In this document: positions 1 through 7,267 of the stretch, one piece after another | Numbering within the stretch: position 1 is the first letter of the stretch | Layout of the letters: each line of letters opens with the position of its first letter | Virus record (IMG/VR): IMGVR_UViG_3300026269_000197 | Span: 1-60,579 of that record | From: a virus | Lineage: Duplodnaviria > Caudoviricetes | Direction: 5' to 3' (one strand) | DNA: 60,579 nt | Made by a program: the position numbers and the translations under genes | The notes under the pieces: model-generated | Database searches by the model: none | Told to the model about the DNA's origin: nothing | The model's input: only the letters and a program-made list of their open reading frames with translations

Positions 1-17
1 TAGAAACTTCAGAATTT

Positions 18-188
18 TTATAATTTATTAGCTATCTTTAGTTGTAAAATAGTAACCACCCCAATTATGATCAAAATACTGCCAATAGGCAACAAATAAT
101 CTAATGAAGGGAATAGAAAATATCCGATTAGGACAGAAATTCCAATTAAAATAAATCCAGCAATTCCATTTACAGCAAATTTACTCAT
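18..188 (-). CDS. small two-TM membrane protein (56 aa), possibly non-phage
   Basis: Hand-translated: MSKFAVNGIAGFILIGISVLIGYFLFPSLDYLLPIGSILIIIGVVTILQLKIANKL. Two hydrophobic segments. Not in the ORF track. Confidence 0.5.
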   Translation of the reverse strand: MSKFAVNGIAGFILIGISVLIGYFLFPSLDYLLPIGSILIIIGVVTILQLKIANKL

Positions 189-209
189 GCATTATCACTT
201 TTTAGAATT

Positions 210-308
210 TTAACGCATGAATTCAGCCATTTCCATAGAGAAAAAGAAAAATCCGATTCCTCCACCAATCATTGCAATCCAGGCAATAACTTGTTGTTTT
301 TTATTCAT
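210..308 (-). CDS. small single-TM peptide (32 aa), possibly non-phage
   Basis: Hand-translated: MNKKQQVIAWIAMIGGGIGFFFFSMEMAEFMR. Basic N-terminus followed by a hydrophobic helix. Confidence 0.4.
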   Translation of the reverse strand: MNKKQQVIAWIAMIGGGIGFFFFSMEMAEFMR

Positions 309-540
309 AAAATAAAAAAATAATACTCATTATTGAATCTAATTGGTAAGTTAAGACAATTATTAATCAAAAATATCTAATGTTACAGTTCCTTATTATT
401 CAAAAAGTAAGTAACTCTTTCGTTTCTTTATTCATAATTCTTGAATATAGAGCAACTTTTGGGATTCTTCTTTACGTTAATAGGAAATGCAGAGAAATAA
501 TATCTGAAGATGAAGTTTACCCGTGAAAATCTAGAAGAGT

Positions 541-717
541 TCAAGATTGTGTTAAAGAAATTGCGCCGATGTAAAAAATCAGAATAGGATTTCCAAGGTA
601 ATAGAACTTACAGCTAGGGTCAACAAACCAAACTGTATTTTCTTCAGGTATTTTATCGTTCATTTCTTCTAAAGCATTATCAGATTTTTCTTCTAGTGTT
701 AGTTGTTTCTTTTTCAT
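541..717 (-). CDS. hypothetical protein (58 aa); may span a sequence junction
   Basis: Hand-translated MKKKQLTLEEKSDNALEEMNDKIPEENTVW... with a purine-rich RBS upstream (AGAGAGAAC). Confidence 0.4.
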   Translation of the reverse strand: MKKKQLTLEEKSDNALEEMNDKIPEENTVWFVDPSCKFYYLGNPILIFYIGAISLTQS

Positions 718-743
718 ATTGTTCTCTCTTTCTTTATTATTGG

Positions 744-944
744 TTAGTTAAAAGTTGCGTCAGGCAATACTGCAATACAATTCAAATCATTATCTTTTAA
801 AAATAACAATAATTCATAATGCGTAATTGTTTGGTCTTTATTGAAATAAGAAAGTCCTGGCTCAATTACGGTGTAAGTAGCAGATTGAATAAAGTCTAAA
901 GGAAGTTTCTTATTCATACTTTCTATAAATTGTGTCTTATTCAT
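744..944 (-). CDS. hypothetical early protein
   Basis: ORF track 744..986. The likely start is MNKTQ at 944, after an AAAGGA RBS. Confidence 0.6.
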   Translation of the reverse strand: MNKTQFIESMNKKLPLDFIQSATYTVIEPGLSYFNKDQTITHYELLLFLKDNDLNCIAVLPDATFN

Positions 945-981
945 TTGTGTGTCCTTTCGTTGGTTAATATGTGTATAGACT

Positions 982-1010
982 ATCATATTGTTATATCATT
1001 GTATAGTGAA
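982..1010 (-). promoter_or_regulatory. putative sigma70-type early promoter
   Basis: Minus strand reads TTCACT-17 bp-TATGAT upstream of the 944 start. Confidence 0.45.
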
Positions 1011-1044
1011 ATAATCATTAATATTTTTCACTTAATAAACAAAA

Positions 1045-1059
1045 GAACAAAGGGAGAAC
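1045..1059. promoter_or_regulatory. GAAC-N7-GAAC motif (alphaproteobacterial LexA-box consensus)
   Basis: GAACAAAGGGAGAAC, 35 bp upstream of the putative -35. Confidence 0.4.
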
Positions 1060-1237
1060 TTTACGCTGAGGATACGGAATATTATAACTATGTGTGTTGA
1101 ACCTTCAGGAAAGACCTCCAAGTAATACTTTAAAGACATTTTCAGAAACGACACGAAATTTGAGTGAGTGGGCGACTCGGTTTTTCTGAGCATTTATTAG
1201 CTTGATTACTAGTGGCAACTGACGGTTTAATTTCCTC

Positions 1238-1245
1238 TATAAATA
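1238..1245 (+). promoter_or_regulatory. T4-type late promoter
   Basis: TATAAATA just upstream of the ATG at 1254. Confidence 0.7.
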
Positions 1246-1253
1246 TACTTACT

Positions 1254-1388
1254 ATGTTAGCGAAAATATTTAATACTCTATGGTTATATAAACTTAACTT
1301 TATACGAAACAACCCTATGCTAGCTTGTTGGTTAGCTTGGTTGGAAGGTATATTAATAGGTGTGTTGATTATGTACTTCTGGTTTTAG
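1254..1388 (+). CDS. small membrane protein (44 aa)
   Basis: Hand-translated MLAKIFNTLWLYKLNFIRNNPMLACWLAWLEGILIGVLIMYFWF. Lies directly after the late promoter and ends 2 nt before the next ATG. Confidence 0.55.
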   Translation: MLAKIFNTLWLYKLNFIRNNPMLACWLAWLEGILIGVLIMYFWF

Positions 1389-1390
1389 TT

Positions 1391-1729
1391 ATGTTTAGAA
1401 TTATATTATTTTGTTTGATATTATTATACACAACTTCGGCGAGTGCAATCAGCAAACTCTTAATGTATCATAATCCTTATTGTTCTTATTGCGTTAAGTT
1501 TATTAAAGAAGTCGCAATAGATTTTAAGCACGATAAAGTAGATTTAAGAATAGTAGTCAGAAATGAAGAACCTTTTTGGTTTACTATGGCAATTAACGAA
1601 AATAGAATTAAACCTATAAGAGGTACACCTACCTTTATACTATGGGATGGTGAGAACGAAATAGCACGACTCGTTGGTTATTCAAGTAAAGAAAGTTTTT
1701 ATAATAGATTAAATGAAATATTGAAATGA
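1391..1729 (+). CDS. exported thioredoxin-fold protein (SoxS-like)
   Basis: Signal peptide (MFRIILFCLILLYTTSASA), CSYC active site and cis-Pro motif IRGTPTFIL...RLVGY. The ATG at 1391 is preferred over 1325. Confidence 0.8.
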   Translation: MFRIILFCLILLYTTSASAISKLLMYHNPYCSYCVKFIKEVAIDFKHDKVDLRIVVRNEEPFWFTMAINENRIKPIRGTPTFILWDGENEIARLVGYSSKESFYNRLNEILK

Positions 1730-1730
1730 T

Positions 1731-2591
1731 ATGAGATTAATACAACCTATATTCGCTGGAACACAAACTAAAGAAACTGGTCTTGGAGAACATAATAAAA
1801 TATACAATGCTTGGAAAGAAGCAGGTGAGAGAATAAAGAAAGATATTGATTTAGGCGTTAAAGAGTTTCTATTGTTTTATATACCTGAATTTAAGTTAGG
1901 TGAAAAATCATCTGGTTGGAGAGAAGGTGAAGGTATTGATGAACATAAGTTTGACCAAGTGTGTGTTACCGCTGCTAGTCTTTCACAAATTATACAACCT
2001 CAATGTAGATTGATTGTAGATTTATGTTTATGTCCTTATACGCCTGATGGTCATTGTAATATTACAGGTAACCAAGAATTAACAGACCGTTATCTTAAAC
2101 AAATGGCAAAAGATATTTACACGGCTTCTGGTGCTACAATAGCGCCAAGTGATTGTGGAGAGAATACGGTTAAGAATATTAAATCTTTAAAAGATGGTAG
2201 TATAGAAGTGATGAGTTATAGTACAAAATTTCGTTCTAGTTTCTATGTTGGTTGGAGAGATACATTAGGAATTAAACCAGGTATACATAGACCATATCAA
2301 TTAGATGTAGAAACTAAAAAAGGTGATATACTTGCAAGAGCAGTTAAGTATAGAGAAGATGGTGCTGATGAATTACTAATTAAACCTGGTATGACAAGTA
2401 TAGATTTAATTAGTGATATAAAACATTTTAATTATAATACTCCTGTTGGTGTATATCAAACAAGTGGCGAATGGTTAGGTATTCATACAGAAGATAATTT
2501 AAAAGAAACATATCAAGTATTCAAAAGAGCAGGCGCTGACTTTATGATAAGCTACGGTGCTAGGAACTTGATAAATATTATAGATGAATAA
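1731..2591 (+). CDS. hemB: delta-aminolevulinic acid dehydratase / porphobilinogen synthase, Zn-type
   Basis: DLCLCPYTPDGHC Zn motif, IAPSD, MSYSTKF and IKPG Schiff-base lysines, YQTSGE, FKRAGADFMISY. Confidence 0.92.
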   Translation: MRLIQPIFAGTQTKETGLGEHNKIYNAWKEAGERIKKDIDLGVKEFLLFYIPEFKLGEKSSGWREGEGIDEHKFDQVCVTAASLSQIIQPQCRLIVDLCLCPYTPDGHCNITGNQELTDRYLKQMAKDIYTASGATIAPSDCGENTVKNIKSLKDGSIEVMSYSTKFRSSFYVGWRDTLGIKPGIHRPYQLDVETKKGDILARAVKYREDGADELLIKPGMTSIDLISDIKHFNYNTPVGVYQTSGEWLGIHTEDNLKETYQVFKRAGADFMISYGARNLINIIDE

Positions 2592-2772
2592 GAAATTAAA
2601 TGATTTGGTATTATTACTTCAACTGATTGTTATAATGTTTTTAGCTTATACAATCTGGCAACTACAAATTGATGTATCAATTTTATATAATATGTTAATT
2701 GAGTTAGAAGAATTAATATTAGATACTAGCGAAGATATGGGCGATGTATTAGACAATGGTTGGAATGCGTAA
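2584..2772 (+). CDS. small membrane-anchored hypothetical protein
   Basis: N-terminal TM helix and acidic tail; overlaps the hemB stop. Confidence 0.55.
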   Translation: MNKKLNDLVLLLQLIVIMFLAYTIWQLQIDVSILYNMLIELEELILDTSEDMGDVLDNGWNA

Positions 2773-3056
2773 TGTGGAAAGTATTTGCTATATTTTGTGT
2801 TCTATTACCAGGTGGGGAATGTGAAAAGAAATATGAATTACCAGAAACCATTTATAATACTAAAGAAGAATGTTTAATCAAAGCACAATGGAAAGCAGAC
2901 CAAATGATTAAATTTATAGAAGAAAGTGGTTCTGCATTATCTTTCAATATCGGTTGTGAAAAACAGAAAGTTGGAAATAGTCCAGGCCTAAATAATAAAG
3001 ATGACAAACTTAATTACAATAACAGAAAACGCAAACCAACATCTAACCGAGCTTAG
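2772..3056 (+). CDS. small Cys-containing, probably exported hypothetical protein
   Basis: Start at MWKVFAIFC is coupled to the previous stop (TAATG); four Cys residues. Confidence 0.55.
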   Translation: MWKVFAIFCVLLPGGECEKKYELPETIYNTKEECLIKAQWKADQMIKFIEESGSALSFNIGCEKQKVGNSPGLNNKDDKLNYNNRKRKPTSNRA

Positions 3057-3327
3057 CAAAGAACATAATAAGAAGTATGTTAGACTAGAGGTTAAAGGTG
3101 GTGGTTGTGCTGGTTTTAAATATGAGTGGTCATTTGAAGATAATAAAGATGACAATGATGAAGTATTAAAATATGAAAACTTTACATTGTTAATAGATAA
3201 GTCTAGCATATTAATGTTAGCAGGAATGACGGTAGAATATCGTAAAGAGATATTTGGTTCATTTTTAGAATTAAAAAATCCAAACGCTACAAGCACTTGT
3301 GGTTGTGGAGAAAGTTTTGGAGCATAG
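3001..3327 (+). CDS. iscA: A-type Fe-S cluster carrier (IscA/SufA/HesB family)
   Basis: VKGGGCAGFKY and C-terminal NPNATSTCGCGESF motifs. Confidence 0.95.
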   Translation: MTNLITITENANQHLTELSKEHNKKYVRLEVKGGGCAGFKYEWSFEDNKDDNDEVLKYENFTLLIDKSSILMLAGMTVEYRKEIFGSFLELKNPNATSTCGCGESFGA

Positions 3328-3336
3328 AAAGATATA

Positions 3337-3579
3337 ATGACTGAACAAGAATTACAATTATTTGATAATGCTGAAATCAATCTACCTTTAGATAAAGATT
3401 ATGAGTATCAAATGAATTTGTTAAAGAAACAATTACAAATGATATTAGATGACGAAAGAGGTGATTTAGATTTGTGTAAAAAGATTGAAGTATTGACTAT
3501 TGAAAATAAGATACTAAAAGAAAAGAATAAGTTTTTAAACGATACAATAAAAGACATTGGCATATTGACAAAAGAATAA
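3337..3579 (+). CDS. hypothetical coiled-coil protein
   Basis: ORF sits in an operon-like position; heptad-like composition. Confidence 0.6.
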   Translation: MTEQELQLFDNAEINLPLDKDYEYQMNLLKKQLQMILDDERGDLDLCKKIEVLTIENKILKEKNKFLNDTIKDIGILTKE

Positions 3580-3593
3580 TAAACTGATAGAGT
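3565..3593 (+). promoter_or_regulatory. putative sigma70-type promoter
   Basis: TTGACA-17 bp-TAGAGT immediately before the ATG at 3600. Confidence 0.5.
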
Positions 3594-3599
3594 AATATT

Positions 3600-4349
3600 A
3601 TGACAAAATTTAGAGAAGAAACAATCATACCTCAAATGGTACATCCAGATATAAATGGAGAAGTACTATACCCATTTGGTCCACCAATCTATCGTTGTGA
3701 AATGGATACAAACATAATTGATATGTTGATTGAAGAAGGACAACGAACAAGAAACGATAAAGATAAAGACCATAGACCTAAACTTGCAGGTAATATGAAA
3801 AAAGGAACTAGTATTCAATATCCTGCAGGACCTAATAACGATATTAGAAATAAAGCTGATAAAGCAATAGTACAAAAAGTTTTTGAATTTTTTGAAATAC
3901 TACAATCTAATAATGGACCTCAATGGCCTAATGTACAAAAAACGATGATGGGACAATCTGGTGGTATGGGTGCATTAAGATTACAACAACTATGGATAAA
4001 CTTTCAACACGCAGGTGACTTTAATCCAGTACACGACCACGGTGGTTTGTTTAGCTTTGTTATGTATGGAGAAATAGATGATGAAATATTTGAAAAGGAT
4101 ATTCCTATTAGCAATAGTCAACACGCAGGTCAAATAGTATTTCAATATGGAGAAAGAATAACAGATTTACAAAGTAATAGTTTTTCTATTAAACCATATA
4201 AAGGATTAATGTTTGTTTTTCCTGCTGGTTTAAATCATTATGTACCACCATATTATAAAGACTTTGAGAGAATAAGTATAAGTGGTAATTATGTATTAGA
4301 ACAAGTGGACCAATCAAAAATGAAAAATATGAAGTTAGATATAAAATGA
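3600..4349 (+). CDS. 2OG-Fe(II) oxygenase-fold protein (phage type)
   Basis: WINFQ..GDFNPVHDH, FPAGLNHYVPP and RISISGN motifs. Confidence 0.85.
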   Translation: MTKFREETIIPQMVHPDINGEVLYPFGPPIYRCEMDTNIIDMLIEEGQRTRNDKDKDHRPKLAGNMKKGTSIQYPAGPNNDIRNKADKAIVQKVFEFFEILQSNNGPQWPNVQKTMMGQSGGMGALRLQQLWINFQHAGDFNPVHDHGGLFSFVMYGEIDDEIFEKDIPISNSQHAGQIVFQYGERITDLQSNSFSIKPYKGLMFVFPAGLNHYVPPYYKDFERISISGNYVLEQVDQSKMKNMKLDIK

Positions 4350-4639
4350 TAGAAGATAGAACAGAAGAAGAAATAATAAAAAATATAAAACATATATTAG
4401 ATGAGAAAGTAGCTCCATCAGTTGCCGCTCACAAAGGCAAGATTAATTTTATCTCATATAAAGATGGAGTATTAAAATTACAGATGGCAGGTTCTTGTAG
4501 TGGGTGTCGTATGTCTCAATTAACTTTGAAACAAGGTGTTGAGAGTATGATGAGACACTATGTACCTGAAGTTCAGGCCATAGAGTCTGAAGATGATAAG
4601 AGTGCTAAAGACCAAGGATATACACCTTGGGCAGTTTAA
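4346..4639 (+). CDS. nfuA: NifU C-terminal/NfuA-type Fe-S carrier
   Basis: VAPSVAAHKGKI...LQMAGSCSGC..SQLTLKQGVE: Nfu domain with CxxC. Confidence 0.9.
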   Translation: MIEDRTEEEIIKNIKHILDEKVAPSVAAHKGKINFISYKDGVLKLQMAGSCSGCRMSQLTLKQGVESMMRHYVPEVQAIESEDDKSAKDQGYTPWAV

Positions 4640-4846
4640 TTATTTCTGTTCTTTATACATTTCTTGCGAATACAAAGATAATATAAACATAGTTATTCCT
4701 AACAATGTAAATACACCACACGCCAACCAATCATTATTCATTGGTATGCCTTTATATCCACCATCTATTGCACCAGCGGCAGCAACTAAACATAGTGTAC
4801 CTCCTACTGACAATGCGATAGTCATATATTCTATTAGTTTTTTCAT
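4640..4846 (-). CDS. small two-TM protein
   Basis: Two hydrophobic helices, GGAG RBS; last gene of the leftward cassette. Confidence 0.65.
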   Translation of the reverse strand: MKKLIEYMTIALSVGGTLCLVAAAGAIDGGYKGIPMNNDWLACGVFTLLGITMFILSLYSQEMYKEQK

Positions 4847-4868
4847 AATGTTCTCCTTATTGTTATTA

Positions 4869-5123
4869 TTAAGCCGCCTCTAACATTCTCATAGGTACTC
4901 TATAAGTTGTCATCTTACATTTAACTAAACAATTTGACCTCATCATTTTAGTAATGACGCCAGGTGTCTTTTTAGTTTTTTGTACGATATTGACATTTGA
5001 GCCAACTTTAAGTGTTGATTTAACCTTAACAGCAATTAAATCATTAATATAGTCTTTTGTTAAGTTTAAGTCCGAAACATTAAGACTAGATAATTGTTTA
5101 TTCAGTTCAGTTAATAGTATCAT
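4869..5123 (-). CDS. hypothetical early protein
   Basis: ORF with AAAGGA RBS in the leftward cassette. Confidence 0.65.
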   Translation of the reverse strand: MILLTELNKQLSSLNVSDLNLTKDYINDLIAVKVKSTLKVGSNVNIVQKTKKTPGVITKMMRSNCLVKCKMTTYRVPMRMLEAA

Positions 5124-5133
5124 AGTGTCCTTT

Positions 5134-5490
5134 CTATTTTAAGTACAATGGACCAGTCCATTGAATTGAGTAATTACCATTTAATACATTTCCTCTAGCT
5201 TGATTTAGAGCAGGTGCTCTCCAACCAGCAGGTTTCAATATATCGCCTGATTTAAAATGTTTAAAGTCTTCTTTTACGATAAAACATTTAACAGAACCGC
5301 CATTAGTTATCTTAATATACTTCTGACCTCCTGAAACGGTAAATCCATTTTTGTATTCATTATACATATTATCTCTTACAACATCAACTTTATTATGTCT
5401 ATTAAAACCACCATAGTCTTCAACCATAGCGTCTATCATAAACTTAATACCTTCATCTATGTTTTTTGCTGTTTTATTTACTTGTATCAT
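5134..5490 (-). CDS. conserved phage hypothetical protein
   Basis: KYIKI...GDILKPAGWRAPALNQARGNV motif, which I recognise from T4-like phage early genes. Confidence 0.7.
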   Translation of the reverse strand: MIQVNKTAKNIDEGIKFMIDAMVEDYGGFNRHNKVDVVRDNMYNEYKNGFTVSGGQKYIKITNGGSVKCFIVKEDFKHFKSGDILKPAGWRAPALNQARGNVLNGNYSIQWTGPLYLK

Positions 5491-5816
5491 TATTTTCTCC
5501 CTTTGTTGTTATACCAAATTGTATCATAAGAAGGAATCACATTTTTATCGCCAATTTTAAATGCGTTTCTAGTGTACATAGGTCCTCTAATTGAAAAACT
5601 AGCTTTTTCCCAATCATTTAAGTACTTACTAGCATTTACATACTTCTCAAAACTATTTTGAGCAGTTTTAAGAGACTTAAAAGGTCCTTTGTGGTCTGTT
5701 ATATTTTCTAAACCATCAATTCCCATATGTAATTCAGAAACATAAAAATATTTCTTTTCTAGGAACCAATTTTCTTCTTTTTTTTCTTTTATCATCATTT
5801 TTTTGTTCATATACAT
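5490..5816 (-). CDS. hypothetical early protein
   Basis: First ORF downstream of the leftward promoter; coupled to the next gene. Confidence 0.6.
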   Translation of the reverse strand: MYMNKKMMIKEKKEENWFLEKKYFYVSELHMGIDGLENITDHKGPFKSLKTAQNSFEKYVNASKYLNDWEKASFSIRGPMYTRNAFKIGDKNVIPSYDTIWYNNKGRK

Positions 5817-5819
5817 ACT

Positions 5820-5848
5820 ATATTACCTTAAATCCAAACAAATGTCAA
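5820..5848 (-). promoter_or_regulatory. sigma70-type early promoter
   Basis: Minus strand TTGACA-17 bp-TAATAT, pointing into the 5816-4640 cassette. Confidence 0.7.
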
Positions 5849-5855
5849 GTAAAAA

Positions 5856-6065
5856 ATGAGCAAAATCCAAAAAAAATCAATAAAATCAATAGTTTTTTTA
5901 CTATTTGTTCTCTTTTTGTTCTATGGATGTGCCAGAAATGTGCATAATTGCAAGTTTTTTCCCGAATTGAGTGAATCTGGTGATGTTGATTCGATTTCTA
6001 AAGAAAATTTACTAAAATCTTTAAATGAAGCAAGAAAAACTTTGCAATTCAAATGTAATTTTTAA
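5856..6065 (+). CDS. putative small lipoprotein
   Basis: Basic N-terminus, hydrophobic core and FYGC lipobox-like end. Confidence 0.5.
   Translation: MSKIQKKSIKSIVFLLFVLFLFYGCARNVHNCKFFPELSESGDVDSISKENLLKSLNEARKTLQFKCNF
5907..5921. promoter_or_regulatory. GTTC-N7-GTTC motif (alphaproteobacterial LexA-box consensus)
   Basis: GTTCTCTTTTTGTTC, 59 bp upstream of the -35 at 5848. Confidence 0.35.
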
Positions 6066-6102
6066 AAAAAATAATAAATATAGTAAAAAGAGAGGAAAAA
6101 TA

Positions 6103-6312
6103 ATGGAAGGCGAATTTAAAGTAAGAATTAAAAATAGAATTTTTACATATAACAACACAAATGATATTCCAAACGAAATTGGAGCAGTAATTTCATTTAA
6201 ACCTGATTATCCAGAACCTCCTCATACTGAAGAACAACATAATTACATATCAACCTTTGAAAGTAAATTAAAACAATTAATGGAGAGAGAATGCCTGCGG
6301 TTACGAGGATAG
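6103..6312 (+). CDS. conserved hypothetical protein preceding PAAR
   Basis: Start MEGEF after a GAGG RBS; ISFKPDYPEPPHTEEQH motif typical of the PAAR-adjacent ORF in marine T4-like phages. Confidence 0.7.
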   Translation: MEGEFKVRIKNRIFTYNNTNDIPNEIGAVISFKPDYPEPPHTEEQHNYISTFESKLKQLMERECLRLRG

Positions 6313-6578
6313 GAGACGCTGATGTTACCCATTGTTCTGGTATGACTAGAGCAGTAGGTAGTGCAAATGTATTTTGCAACGGTATTGCTGTTAGTAGACA
6401 AGGTGATGTTAATACAGGACACAAATATCCAGGTGTACCTTGTCCATCACACGCTCAACCAATAGCAGTAGGTTCAACTACCGTATTTGTTAATGGTGTA
6501 GGTTGTGGAAGAATAGGTGACGCAATATCAGGATGTACTTCTGTGGCAGCAGGAAGTCCTAATGTGTTTGCTGGTTAG
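6291..6578 (+). CDS. PAAR spike-tip protein (gp5.4-like)
   Basis: MPAVTRIGD, GSTTVFVNG..CGRIGD, AAGSPNVFAG. Confidence 0.92.
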   Translation: MPAVTRIGDADVTHCSGMTRAVGSANVFCNGIAVSRQGDVNTGHKYPGVPCPSHAQPIAVGSTTVFVNGVGCGRIGDAISGCTSVAAGSPNVFAG

Positions 6579-6580
6579 TG

Positions 6581-6588
6581 TATAAATA
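6581..6588 (+). promoter_or_regulatory. T4-type late promoter
   Basis: TATAAATA upstream of gp25. Confidence 0.8.
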
Positions 6589-6596
6589 TAAGTGTT

Positions 6597-7022
6597 ATGG
6601 CATTTTACGATTCAACTAGTTTAAAAAATAAAGATAGAGTAAATCGGTTATATTCTGATTTAGACTTGGATTTTACCCGAAATCCTGTTACCTCGGATAT
6701 AGTTAAATTGCAAGATGTGGATGCTGTAAAAAGAAGTGTAAAGAATTTAATACAAACTAATCATTATGAGAGACCATTTCATCCAGAAATAGGTAGTGAT
6801 GTAAGAGGATTGTTATTTGAAAATATGACACCTCTAACTGCGTTAAACTTGGAAAGAAAAGTTATAGAAGTTTTAACTAACTTTGAACCAAGAGCAAAGA
6901 TAGTAAATGTTATTGCTCAACCACAAGAAGACGCAAACAGATACCATATACAAATCAGTTTCTATGTTATTGGTATTTCAACTCCAGTAGTAGTAGAAAC
7001 ATATTTACAAAGGTTAAGATAA
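6597..7022 (+). CDS. gp25: baseplate wedge protein gp25
   Basis: YSDLDLDF..NPVT.D, AVKRSVKNLIQTN.YERPF.PEIG, FEPR motifs. Confidence 0.93.
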   Translation: MAFYDSTSLKNKDRVNRLYSDLDLDFTRNPVTSDIVKLQDVDAVKRSVKNLIQTNHYERPFHPEIGSDVRGLLFENMTPLTALNLERKVIEVLTNFEPRAKIVNVIAQPQEDANRYHIQISFYVIGISTPVVVETYLQRLR

Positions 7023-7023
7023 T

Positions 7024-7251
7024 ATGGCGTGGGTAGATGTACCAGGAAGTAATTCAATATGGCAATATGAAAATACTGCTACGGCAGCAAATACATATCC
7101 AGATTCAGCAGATGGCGCTAATTCAGTAATCGCTAGTGGAATTAGAACATATACTAAACCAGGTGGTGGTACGGTACAAGTTTATATAAGATGTAGAAAA
7201 AAAGGCACAACGGTAGAACGAGGTGAGTTATCAAAAACTTACTTTGATTAA
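7024..7251 (+). CDS. hypothetical virion-module protein
   Basis: ORF between gp25 and gp6 on the same strand. Confidence 0.65.
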   Translation: MAWVDVPGSNSIWQYENTATAANTYPDSADGANSVIASGIRTYTKPGGGTVQVYIRCRKKGTTVERGELSKTYFD

Positions 7252-7267
7252 TAATTAGGAAAGAATA

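Noticed and set aside
1-1060. Prophage attachment site
   Set aside because: No integrase, tRNA or direct repeat is visible. Only a compositional break is supported.
1325-1390. Longer N-terminus for the thioredoxin ORF as given in the track
   Set aside because: It has a TTG start overlapping a better 1254..1388 ORF, whereas the ATG at 1391 gives a clean signal peptide.
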